Made by a program: the position numbers and the translations under genes
Shown: positions 37,990 to 49,760 of the stretch, one piece after another
Position numbering within the stretch: the stretch's first letter is position 1
Layout of the letters: the number at the start of each line of letters is the position of its first letter
Notes under the pieces: generated by a model
What the model saw: only the letters and a program-made list of their open reading frames with translations
What the model was told of the DNA's origin: nothing
Database searches by the model: none
DNA from: Podarcis bocagei
Lineage: Eukaryota
Length of the DNA stretch: 64,000 bases
NCBI GenBank assembly: GCA_964188305.1
Contig: OZ076901.1
Strand: one strand, 5' to 3'

Positions 37990-40115
37990 CCCTCAGCTGT
38001 TTATCTCCAGAGTCTGAGGCTGTTAACAGCCATGGAGAGGCAGGGTTGGACCTAAGGCTCACGAGCCAAGGAGAAGCCCCTGACTTGCCAGCAGCCAGGC
38101 CCTGCCAGATCCCTGCTGAAGCAACTGCCAGAGGGAGCCACAGGCCTCTTAGGAAGGGTTCACAAGTGCATCTCCCTCCCTTCCTGGGAGGACACTTGCA
38201 AGGCCCTGGGCCCACAGCCATCTGCTTTCCACCTTCAGTCATGGTGCTTAGAGGCTTCTGATGCAGCTGGCCTGTCTGCTAGTGCCATTACTGTGAGTCT
38301 TCAGGATGAAGAGTAGTTCCATCTGGCCTTGGAAAGAGCCTAGGCTTCAGGTCGTTCCTCCAGCCCCTGTTCCAGAGACCTTAGTCTCTCTGCAGTTCCA
38401 CTTTGGAAGGAATTTTTTATTTGTCCATAGGAACATAGGAAACTGCCTTACACTGAACTTTTGGACCATCTAGCTCAGGATGGCTTCTCTGCACCAGCTC
38501 ATAGCATCTCCTCCGCATTTTAGGCGGGGACATTCCCAGCCCTATTGGGAGATGCAGAGGACTGAACCTGAGACCTTCAAAAGCAGGTGTTCTCCTGCTG
38601 AACCATGGTCTTCCCTCCAAGGGTGGGGGTCATTGGTGTACTCATAGCTCTTCACGCTAGTCCTTGCTCCTGCTGACGCACCTAAATTATTGCTCTCTCA
38701 TACACTACCTTGTTTCGGATTTGGCATGTCATTTCACAAGTTCTGAGGCCACGGTATCCAGGGAGGGGGCACAGTGGACTGCTTTGCCGAACATCATTTA
38801 TGAGAGGGGGCTGTATGTTGACTGGAGCTGTCTGGGCTGCGTTGGAATCTGAAGATGGGCAAAGATGGCTACATTTGCTGCTCTGCATTTTCCCCTGAAT
38901 GCAGACACTACAGTGAATCACTCCAGACAACTGTGTGGCAAAGATGGAATGTTGATTCTAACTGGTACAGGCTAGTTTCCTTCCAGCCAGCGCAGAAAAT
39001 CCCCAGTGCAACCTGATCCCTTACTTACACATGGAGAAAGAAAAAGAAAGAGAGAGAGAGAGAAATCTATTTGCATTCCGGCTTCATAGAACAAAGGGAA
39101 GCACATACTAATCTGGACAGGGGGAGGTGGGGAGTGGAATCTCCAGGAGAAAACCCCCCACAAAATAGTCAGCATCCATCCACATACTGGACTTAGCAAA
39201 TACCTAAGACTGTGAATATACCTCTTTTCTGTATCAGTAATTCTTGCTTCCCTTTGTCCTGTGCTCACCTATCTCGGCTCCTCCTAAGAAGATGAACGCC
39301 TCATGTTGCTAGTTTTTAAAAGCCTGCTGCATGTTATAAAGGACAGTATTGAGTAGAAGATGACAAGGCATGGCCCAAGAGGTGTCTTCATAGGAGAACG
39401 ATTCAGGTACCTCGAGAAAGCAAGCCAAACCATGTGCTAGCTAAAGGGGGGGGGGATAAAATCCTTCAAAAGCCCAGACAGGTGGTACTGTATCTGTTGA
39501 ATTTTAACATAAAGGGGGAGAGAGAGGTGAACCTTCTGTTGAGGCTGCCCTGAAGCTAACATATCTGGGGTGCAAAACATCACACTCACTGTGCTTCCTC
39601 TGCTGGTAGTAAGCAGCCCCAAGTATCTGGGCACCTGATCCACACAGCCAAATGCTCACACCTGCTGCACCAGAATTAGGTTCCTGCCAGAGAGCACTAT
39701 GGGAGAAAGCAGAGGTCAGAGTCAGACCAACTCACTAGGAGAGCCACCTCTTCCTTCAGAATTGCACATGGGTCTGGGAGCCCTGGGTTCAAACTCTATC
39801 CCTGCCACAGATTCACCTATGTATGACATAAGATCCTAAATGACCATGGGCTCTTTGGTGCCACATATTACCGTATTCCTTATGTAAACAGCAGCCTTAG
39901 GACTGGGGAGGGATGTTTAACCCTTTATTTCCTTGCCAGTGCAGGCAAAATATCGCTCCATCTGACTGCTCTTTGCATTTCATTTTAAGACTCTGTTGGT
40001 GTCCATAGGAACTTTATTTGAAATGCAAATAGCAGCTTTTGAGAAGAGGGAAGGGAGATTTTGTTGGGTCTCTGACAGAGACAGAAAAAGTTGAGCTTCA
40101 TAAAAAAGTAAGTAA

Positions 40116-40156
<41 letters not shown>
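40116..40156. repeat. (AAGT)n microsatellite
   Basis: Direct observation. Confidence 0.95.
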
Positions 40157-40159
<3 letters not shown>

Positions 40160-42229
40160 CAACTTCCCCTCTGGACCTCCCACAGTCCTGAGGATGCCCA
40201 GACTTTCCCACAGGTGCTACACCCACAACTCTAGTGTTGGCGCTTCATTCCAGCTCACCATCTTTAAAATGGTCTTAATTTTGACCTGCCTTAGAGGGCT
40301 GGTCAAGTACAAGTTATAATCACCTGCACTAGGAGCTAAGTACTTCTGCCCTATACATGTTCATACTTTCTGGAGTGGGGCAGGGGCTAGTGTGGAAGTC
40401 TTAGGCAGCCTATGGAGTGGGGGAAGAGAATGCTCTGGCTCTTGCCACCTGGAACAGGTACACCTTCATCCCTAGAATTGCCAAGATGTGTGGCGGGGCA
40501 CCTTGAGGAGGGGGCTGGCCAGACAAGTTTCACCAAGGCTGCTCCAGTTTGGTCAGCCTCTCCTCCCCCCCCCCCCCGGAAGCTGCACTGGGGAAGCAGA
40601 GGCATTCTCTCACACCAAGCAGTCTTGAGAGGCAATCAGCTTCCTCTTGCTACCCATTCTTTGACTGTGCTGGTTTGGACACCAAATAGAGCAGACCTGT
40701 TCTTTTCATTTCTTTTAGCTGGACCAACAGTGCAGGGGTGTGGAAACTTGTGTTCTGCCTTTAAGGCCTGGTATTAAGGGGTGGGACAAGGGGCTTTAAT
40801 GCTCTGGGTTCTTGTCCTTTTTTGCAGGACAAGGGTTAGTGAGGAGAAGCAGAGGTGGAAGAGCAGCAGAGCTGAATGGTTAGATCAGGGTGGGGCTAGA
40901 AGGGGTGGCAATTCTGCCCACAGCTCTGCTCACCTGTTGGGAGGGACCTACTTCCAAGGCAGTCTTCTTCAGTCGAGGTTGGCCAAACTCTCTGCATCCA
41001 CCTTCACCTGTCATTCTGTCTCCATATCAGCTGGGATATCAGCTGCTTCCACCCTCTGGGAGCTCCCTTAATTTCCTGGAGCACCAAAGCCATCTAATCA
41101 CCCCTGAGTTTCGAAGAGTTTCCTCTTGGAGGAAGAGTCTGGAGGGGTTGTTGTTTGCGCACACTTGGAATAGAGTGCAGAGAACTGAAACTCCTCCCAG
41201 ACATCAGGAAGGAAAGGGAAATCCTTGACTGTTTCAATAGATGGGATGCTGGCTTGGAAAGGCAGCCCCTGCCACAGGCTCACTTGGGAAGTCTGTGGCA
41301 AGCCACACCTTCCCCCAGTTTCTCAAATCTGTAGGATGTCAATGGGCATGAAGGATTGTATGTGTAAGGTGGACTCAAACACAGCACAAGATCATGAAGC
41401 ACTTTGCAAATCACATGTGCAACAAATCATTATTAACGAGGAGAGGCTGCAGTGCTTTTCAAGGGAGAAAACCTATCCCAAAAGTGCATCTCCATGAGGG
41501 GGGAGGAGTTAGGAAGGAAAGTGAGAGCTGTATTCTTTTACAGGTTTGGCAATGCAGCAAGACCCATGACCAGTAGGTGACCTGCTTCTGCACCACCTGC
41601 TTTCAGAATTGGGGAGCTGCACCCCACCTATTGCCATATCAGTGCCCATAATAGCTTGATCACCTCCCCTCTCCACACCCTTAACCAGTTAACTTATGAT
41701 TGCTGTTAACTGCAATGCACCTGTTGTGAAATGCTTGTGGTTCTCCCAACCGCTACTTAGCAAAAGTGTGTCTCCTCCTCTAGGATTCCAGTCCTTGCAG
41801 AACTTAACAGGACCTATTGAGAGACAGCACTCCAGTACAGCGAGTAAAGCATCCACAAGCTCAGATATATTCCCAGAGAATATATTACCCAGATCCCTAG
41901 TCGTGCACAGTCCCTCCCTTCTGACTTGGCGTCGTGAGGCTCTCGGTTTGGGGTGCTTGGTGTCCATGGAAAAACCTGGAGACTCCAGGCATGAGAGCCC
42001 TGATTTTGTGACGCCAGGCGATGGAGTCGAGTCAAGGTGCTTATAGTCAAGTGTAAATGGGAGTTGCAGCCTGCTGTTTTTGCAAATGGGGGTTTCCTAC
42101 CACGGCAGTGGGGGAAATGCAGGTGCCCCGAGGCCTCTGGGCAGCCACTGCTAGCGGCTTGGAGGCTCAGCCAGACCTGCGACTGCTGGGTTAGGAGCGC
42201 AGAGGCCATGAAGCACATGGGACGGACTT

Positions 42230-43200
42230 GGGGGGTCTCACTGCGAGCCTCGGTTGCAGAGCCCGCAGTCACGCGTCGGGGTAGATCAGCGGCTCCGCCC
42301 TCCCTCCTTCCCGGCCCGGGTTCTAAAGGTGCGAAGCGCGCCCCTCCTGGCCCCGCCCCGAAAAGGTTTCTGCCCCGCGGAGTTTGCAGTGTGGTTCTTA
42401 TGGCGTTGCGCTTGCAAAGGCCGGCTTTTTGGGCCAGCCTCCATCTGCGCAGTGGCCTTTGGGACTGGAACATGAGGCAGGAGATGGGCTTGAGCACTAT
42501 CTGCGACGAGCTGCCCCAAGGTGAGGGCGGCCTGAAGTTCTTCCTGGCCACTGTGCCCCTTTCCCTTCCCTGGGGGCGAAGGCATTCTGGAGGCTTGCGT
42601 GATCTGGGGGCGGAGAGGAAGGGGGCAGGAAGCCTCTTTGGGCATGTGCAGAGCGCCTCCTCCCAACACCGTGGGAAAGGAATAGGTGCCAACCCGGAGG
42701 CGCCTCGCTGGCCAAGGAGAAAGTGCGCCGCGGGTCAGGCTTGTGCCCACCTGCCACACCGGCGGGAGTTTCCTGGGGTTTGTCCTCGGCCCACCTGAAA
42801 GTGTTTGGGGGGCCTCCGCAGCAGGGCTCCGGGGATGTAGGGCGGGAGTGAGTGGGTCAAATGAAGAGCCCTCTCCCAGCCCTATACAGTACCAGAATCT
42901 CTTTGATGCTCTCTCACGAGCGCCCGCCCCGTCGGGCAGCGCCACCATCGGGGGTTTGCAGAAGAAACTCGGCTACACGTGGGGAAGCGGGTGTCTGCGT
43001 GTGTGCGCAGCCGGCCCGCTTAATGTGTGCCCTCCTGCCCCCTAGCTCCCGCGGACATCACGAGCGCTCGTGGCCTGATGTGGCCCTCGGAACAGCTGAT
43101 GACGCGCAGCCTGACACGGGTCCTGCACCCTCCCGCCCCGGGTAAGCGAGAGGCCGCCGAGCTTCTGTTGAGGAGGGGCGGAATCGACCTTCCACCGGGA
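42230..43200 (+). promoter_or_regulatory. FOXR1 promoter CpG island
   Basis: CpG-rich segment with GC boxes (CTCCGCCC, CCCCGCCCC) just upstream of the ATG at 42400, spanning exons 1-2. Confidence 0.7.
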
Positions 43201-44212
43201 ATTGCCTTCTCCAGCAACTAGCGGATTGGGATGCCCACCAGCTGTGAGTGGCAGGGAGAGGCTTAAAGGGCAAGGGACATCGGAGCAGCTCCGTAGTGGA
43301 GCACTTGATTTGCGGCAGAAACCCCCAGGCCTTGTCCCCTTTGGCCTCTCCAAGACAAGGCTGGGAAAGGAGACTCTTGCCTTAAATCCTGGGGAGTTAT
43401 TGCTGCCGGTCAGTGTTGTAGGCAACGCTGAGCTAGGTGGATCAGTGTTCTGACGGACTATGCCACCTTCGCCCCATCCAGCAGTTGGTCCCTTACCTTT
43501 CCAGCCCCGACCTGGCCACAGTGATCCATGTGACGGTCACCTCCAGGCTTGACTACTGTAATTCGCTCTACGCGGGGCTGCCCTTGAAGCTGACCCAGAA
43601 ACTCCAGAGGGTGCAGAATGCTGCAGCGAGGCTCCTCACGGGGGCTCTGCCATGGGAGCATATTCACCCAGTGCTTTTCCAGCTGCACTGGCTCCCGGTG
43701 GAGTACAGGGTCAGATTTAAGGTGCTGCTGTTGACCTTTAAAGCCCTTCACGGCCTAGGACCCTCGTACCTATGGGACCGCCTCTCCCGGTATGCCCCAC
43801 GGAGAGCCTCAAGGTCCATAAATAGCAACACCCTAGTGGTCCCGGGCCCTAAGGAAGTTAGATTAACTTCAACCAGAGCCCAGGGCCTTTTCAACACTGG
43901 CTCCGGCCTGGTGGAACGCTCTCTCTCATGAGACCAGGGCCCTGCAGGATCTGATTTCTTTCCGCAGGGCCTGGAAGACAGAGTTGTTCTGCCTGGCCTT
44001 TGATTTGGAGCCAATTTGATTCCCTCCCCCTCTTTCTTTTTTCTTTTTCCTTTCTCCTCCTGTGATGAGGCTGCATTTTAATATTTTAATGTTTCAATAT
44101 TTTAATGTATTTTAATCTTGTTTTTAAGTTGTATTCATTCAACTTGTTTTTATTATTGCTTGTTAGCCGCCCTGAGCCCGGCCTTGGCTGGGGAGGTCGG
44201 GGTATAAATAAA

Positions 44213-44259
<47 letters not shown>

Positions 44260-46635
44260 GGCTACTTCTGATGTTCCTAGGCTTGTTGTGGAGTGTGGGA
44301 TTGCATGCGGCAGCAGGAACCCAGCTGAAGCCCTTTGTTTTCTCTCCCTGCAGAGTCTGACCCACAGCCCCACCCATGGATGTGGGTGAACCCAAACCTG
44401 GCCTGCAGCATCCCTGGGCATGCCTCAGTGGTGGCGCCACAGCCTTCATCTTGTCCTGCCGCTAGAGAGGTCTGTGGAGACCAGGCCAGCAATTCAATGG
44501 CAAGAAGATTATGTACCTTTTGGACTGTTTTGGCAAGAGCTATTGCATGTCTCTAATCTGGACTGGCCCTCCTGATTTCAATAGGAGCCAGCAGCCTATG
44601 TGTCAGTTCTGTTTTTAGTTAGTAAATTAAAATGTTTGAATCCCACCTTTCAGTTTGGTATCAAAAAAATTGCTAGGAAACAATGCAAAATATTAAAAGT
44701 TTCCTAGGAAGGTGGAAATGGGTGGTCAGGGCCAGTCCTCCTTTCTGTAGGGTTTCCCAAACTTAGGTCTCCAGTTGCTTTTGGACTACAACTCCCATCA
44801 TTCCTAGCTAGCAGTACCAGTGGTCAGGGATGATGGGAATTGTAGTCCAAAAACAGCTGGTGACTCGAGTTTGGTAAACCCTTCTTTGGTGAGCCAGGCT
44901 ACCCATATGGGGCTGGTAACTGTCACATGTGGGGCAGCTGTGGGGCAAGCCACCTGTCTGGTGGTGCCATTTTTTCTCTGGCCATGGCTCAGTCTGCTGA
45001 CCTGTAAATAAAGGAGAAATGTTACCGGGGTCCCTTTTTCCTTTCTGCAATCTTACGGTTCCAGGTCCCCAAGGAAGAGGATACCTCCCAGCTTTCTCAG
45101 AAGACGAGGGGCACCCGTCGGTCTACCTGGGCACCCTGGAAAGCAAAGGTCCTCCGATCCCATGCTAAGAAGCTGAAGAGGACGCTGGGAGACTGGCCCC
45201 GCCCACCTCTTAATTACTGCATCCTCATCAGCCTTGCCCTGAGCAGCAGTGTGAGCAGCAGTCTGACAGTGCAGGAGATCTACCAGTTCATAAGGTACCG
45301 GCCCCTGAGCAGTGGGGTGGGCAGGTGGGGGCCAGGAGAGGCAGATGATGGGTGAAGATGAAGCTCAGTGACTAAAATGGGGACTTCTGACTTTGTCTTC
45401 CTCTCCTGGCTTGGCTTGGCTTTGATGCTGCTCTCAAGTTGGTGTTGAAAGCTGCATGTTCTGGCCGGAGTCTCCTATGATTGTGGGCAGCATAACTGGG
45501 TGCTAGAAAGCAGTCTGTAATTTCCTCTTTCCCCCGGGGCCCTCCCTACACAGTCCATGGGGTACAAGCATCCCTGGGGACGGAAAAGAACGTTACGCTG
45601 CAATGCTATTGGTGGTTCATCTGCTGCCTCCGTGGGGCCGCCTGCCCTGCTCTAGCCACTCTGCTGACCTCCCTCCCTGCCAGGAAGCACTTCCCCTTCT
45701 TCCGCACAGCTCCAGAAGGCTGGAAGAACACCATCCGGCACAACCTGTGCTTCAGCAGCAGCTTTGAGAAGACAGCCGCCTTCGTGTGCCTTGATGGGAA
45801 CCGCAAGTCCCGCATGTGGAAATTGACCACAGAGGGATGGCGCAAGTTTCGGGCGGAAACGCAAGAGCTGCCAGAGGACTTGGTGAGGCTGATGCGTCAG
45901 AGCATGGACAAGCCAGGTAGGAGGAAGATGGTGTGCAACTGGAGAGGAGGGTGAGCATGGCCAGGAGGGAAGGAGATGGGACCCTGGACAGCTTGAAATA
46001 GAGGAGGGATCTGGCAAGCAGTTCCACTTTTGGCAAACCTAACTTTTCTGTTGGGACGTGGGTGGTGCTGTGGGTTAAACCACAGAGCCTAGGACTTGCT
46101 GATCAGAAGGTTGGCGGTTCTAATCCCCTTGACGGGGTGAGCTCCTGTTGCTCGGTCCCTGCTCCTGCCAACCTAGCAGTTCGAAAGCACGTCAAAGTGC
46201 AAGTAGATAAACAGGTACCGCTCCAGCGGGAAGGTAAATGGCGTTTCCATGTGCTGCTCTGGTTCGCCCGAAGCGGCTTAGTCATGCTGGCCACATGACC
46301 TTAGTCATGACCTGGCCACATGAAGTTGTACGCTGGCTCCCTCGGCCAATAAAGTGAGATGAGCGCCGCAACCCCAGTCAGTCACGACTGGACCTAATGG
46401 TCAGGGGTCCCTTTACCTTTACCTTTTCTGTTGGCTTCCTGAGCATGGAAGATACCTTGATAAACCAATGGGGCCACCAGCCCTGACAGCTTGTATTTGC
46501 TTCCCTCTTTCCCCAGAACTGATGAGGTCTCTCTTTGGCTTCGGATCCTCACTAAACCTGGACGGCATGGAGGAAACCCCACTGCAGCCGAGTGTGCATT
46601 CTCCAGTACGTATAAAAGACTCTGCTACTTGTTGA
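42400..46635 (+). CDS. FOXR1: Forkhead box protein R1 (FOXN5), 6 coding exons, 304 aa
   Basis: Exons 42400-42520, 43046-43141, 44354-44469, 45065-45294, 45684-45916 and 46517-46635. All are AG/GT-flanked with consistent phases and sum to 915 nt. Translation contains FOXR hallmarks: N-terminal LHLRSGLWDWNM, PWMWVNPNL, forkhead WPRPPLNYCILISLAL...[31 protein letters not shown]...WKLT, and SMDKPELMRSLF. It sits directly upstream of CENATAC as in human. Exon 2 is supported only by splice sites and phase, and the exon 3 donor (GTCTGT) is weak. Confidence 0.93.
43455..44258 (+). mobile_element. L2-clade LINE 3' fragment in FOXR1 intron 2
   Basis: [36 protein letters not shown] and (ATT)n tail; same subfamily as 58228-59380. 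It interrupts a Squam3-like SINE. Confidence 0.9.
44749..44882. mobile_element. Palindromic hAT-Charlie-type MITE
   Basis: Whole-element hairpin (GGACTACAACTCCCATCAT...ATGATGGGAATTGTAGTCC); decayed relatives at ~9131-9260 and ~61270-61345. Confidence 0.7.
46053..46423 (+). mobile_element. Sauria SINE in FOXR1 intron 5
   Basis: Full length with TSD CTTTTCTGTT; short internal duplication at ~46278-46323. Confidence 0.9.
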
Positions 46636-47129
46636 AAGGAACAGCTGTGCTAAGAGAGCCAGGCTTGTGGCTTGCTTTCATCTGAAGATACTATTTGGGG
46701 TGGAAGAAACCCCAAATTTGCAGATGGAGAGGCAGCTTCCTATGAGAGTAGACCCCCTCCAAAAACACACACACACACAAAACACCTGTATAGTGTTTTC
46801 TGTTTGCTGCAGGGGAGGTGCCGTGTTTTGTGATGGGAGTAGACTGTTGAAAGGCACTGTGGAAGAGAATGCATAAACCTGAATGCTTGAACTTTATTTA
46901 TTTATTTATTCATTCATTCGTTATTGAAAATGTGGAGAAAAAGTATGGTAATAAACAGTTTAAAGTGTACACAAAATGGGTCATTGTGTGCGTTCTTTGC
47001 CTCTGTGCATAGGAGCCAACTTCTAGGGGCCGAGATCCCTTTGGCGCCCCCACCTAAAATATCTGCCCTCCCCCCCACCCAGTTGATGGGCATTGCCATT
47101 CAAATGGAGCGTGGGTACTGTATCATGTA

Positions 47130-47388
47130 CCGTATTTTTTGCTCTATAAGACTCACTTTTTCCCTCCTAAAAAGTAAGGGGAAATGTGTGTGCGTCTTAT
47201 GGAGCGAATGCAGGCTGCGCAGCTATCCCAGAAGCCAGAACAGCAAAAGGGATTGCTGCTTTCGCTGCGCAGCGATCCCTCTTGCTGTTCTGGCTTCTGA
47301 GATTCAGAATATTTTTCTTCTTGTTTTCCTCCTCCAAAAACTAGGTGCGTCTTGTGGTCTGGTGCGTCTTATAGAGCGAAAAATACGG
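47130..47388. mobile_element. Tc1/mariner (Tc2-like) MITE nested in a hAT MITE (47008-47451)
   Basis: TIRs CCGTATTTTTYGCTCTATAAGAC with TA duplication. The host has ends CATAGGAGCCAACTT / AAGTTGGCACCCCTG. Confidence 0.8.
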
Positions 47389-48199
47389 TAATTGATTATG
47401 CGGGGTAGGACTTACCTGCCCTGCAATATTTTTTTCAAGTTGGCACCCCTGCCATTATGGAAAACGCTTGAAGTGGAAAATAGTTTCTGCTTGCCCTCCC
47501 ACCTCAACGAGTCACCTGCCTTGGGGTGGGGGAGAAGCCCGATGGATGAGCAGCAGAAAACCTCCCTCTTCTTTGACTGTTTAGAACTGCAGGTAGCTCA
47601 CTGCGGTGACAGGAAAACAGTGGTGAGAGGAATTCAATGCCTGGCTTCAGGCAGGGGCATCTGCACTGATTTATCCAGGGCGCAGGGCGACCAAGTATGC
47701 AAAACAAAACCCATAAGCATATCTGACTAGCTGCAGTGAATAAGCATGTCAGAAATGTGGGCCTGAGTGGTGGCCAAGCCTAGAACAACCTGGTCTCTGA
47801 GAAGCTTGTATTCCAGATCAGGTTCTCTGTTTGCTTCTCAATGGGTAAAGCTGCGTATTTCTACCTGTTACTGAAAGGCTCCTTTCTTTCCCTGGCACCC
47901 TTCACCCTGTTTTATTGCACGGTTGCTACATCTATCTTCACAGTCCACCCCAATCATCCTAATATGTCAGGCCAAGCCCACTAGGCCACTTCATGGACCC
48001 CATACAGTACTCCAACTTCCTCTACTCTTCAGAAAAATGTGTAAAGTGATATGTTATTCTGCACACCTGATACATCTCTGGCACAGCTACAGCTCCTGCA
48101 AGACTGCTCTAATAATTGTGAACTATCTGCAAGTAGTGCAAAGAAATTTTTTTAATAAAAATAAAAGTTGGCACAATCACTATTCCACCAGATTAAACT

Positions 48200-48870
48200 G
48201 GAATAAATGACTTCAAAACAGATAAAGAAGGATAGAACTTTTTTTATGTATGCAACAACAACAGCAAGAATACTCATCGCGAAGTATTGGAAGACACAAG
48301 ATTTACCCACCAGGGAAGAATGGCAGATGAAGTTGATTGACAACATGGAATTGGCGGAAATGACTGGCAGAATCCAAGACCAGGGAGAAGAGTCGGTGGA
48401 AGAAGACTGGAAAAAGTTTAAAGACTATTTACAGAAATATTGTAAAATTAAGGAATGCTAGAAGAATGTTGGAACGAAGTGATATGGCTTTAGTAGAAAG
48501 GTTATAAGGAATTAAGTACAAATAGATTAATAGAGTATTAAAGGAAAAATAAGGTTGAAATGTGTTAAGATAATTATAGGAAGATTGAAGATGGAAAGGA
48601 ATTGCTGAAATAATTAATAGAAGTGGAATACAAAAAGGGAGGTGTGAGGAGGTCGTGGAAATATGTGAAAGAAAGATAAAATATTGAAATTTATTTTTTT
48701 TCTTTGTTGATGTGTTTTTAAATTGTTTTTGTTTTGTTTTGTTAGTTTAATGTTTTAGTGTAAGGTAGTGTCTTTGTATTGTAATGTATTGTTTTTTCTT
48801 TGTGTTTTTTTGTAGTGTTTAAATTGTTGTAAAAGCAATAAATATTATTTTTAAAAAAACAAAAAACAAA
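48200..48870 (+). mobile_element. L1-clade LINE 3' fragment
   Basis: [40 protein letters not shown] is homologous to 50751-50966; AT-rich 3'UTR and A tail. Confidence 0.85.
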
Positions 48871-49089
48871 ACAGATTTAAGAAATAAAACTCCTGTTCTC
48901 AGGACAAGCCGGGGCTGTCACCTTCATTCAGGCCAAGAAGGGGGCTTACTAAGCAACGAGATGGCAAGGGGACGTGTCTCCCGCAGCTGTGCCGGAATCA
49001 TAGAATTGTATAGAGTTGGAAGGGACCCAGGGGCCATCTAGTCCAACCCGCTGTGCAATGCAGGAACCCTGCTCGTGACTTTGCCTCCT

Positions 49090-49760
49090 TCAGCTCGCGC
49101 GGGGTTCAGGGCGAAGAGCAGAAACGAGAGGGCATCTGAACACGTGCTGGATGCTGCTCACGCCTAAGCGAGGAGCAGCGCGCACCTTCCCGGGGCTTCT
49201 GGATTCCGCAACGTGCTGCGCGACGCCTTTTCCTCGCCGGCGGGGGATGAGCGCGCAGCAGCAGAGTGCCGTGCGTGGGCGGGAATGACGTAATCCTGCA
49301 GTTCTGGGGACGGCCGCCAGATGTCGCCCTCGCCGCGAGACCCGCCTCCTTGGCCGGCCGCTTCCGGGATTTGCAAAATGGAGGACGGGGGCGGCGGCGG
49401 GGTTGATGGCGATCGGGGCGAGGGGCCTGGCGCCGTTCCCATGGCGACGACGCTGTTCCGCTGCCCGCTCTGCCGGTGCAGCGCTTTCGCCGGTCGGCGC
49501 AGCCACCTCTACAGCGCGGGGCACCAGAGGCGGCTTCGCGGGGCGCTCGCCCGCCTGAAGGAGAAAGTACGGCCCCGGAGCCCCAGGGGTGGGCGCGGAG
49601 GGTCGGGTGAAGTGTCCGAAGGCAGCCGGCCGAGTTTCGTGCAAGGCTGCACCCTTCGCATTTCTGCCTGCCCGGCTGCGGGTGGCCTGTCCAAGGAGGA
49701 GCAAGGAGTGGGCGGGTGGGGGGCTGGTTCTGCAGCCGGTCCGAAAGGGCGCCAGCTGCT
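49090..49760 (+). promoter_or_regulatory. CENATAC promoter CpG island
   Basis: CpG-dense, with CRE-like TGACGTAA (~49286), a GC box and ETS CTTCCGG (~49361) upstream of exon 1. Confidence 0.75.

Noticed and set aside
42037-42798. 253-aa ORF over the FOXR1 promoter
   Set aside because: Only 42400-42520 resembles FOXR1; the flanks are GC-rich open frame.
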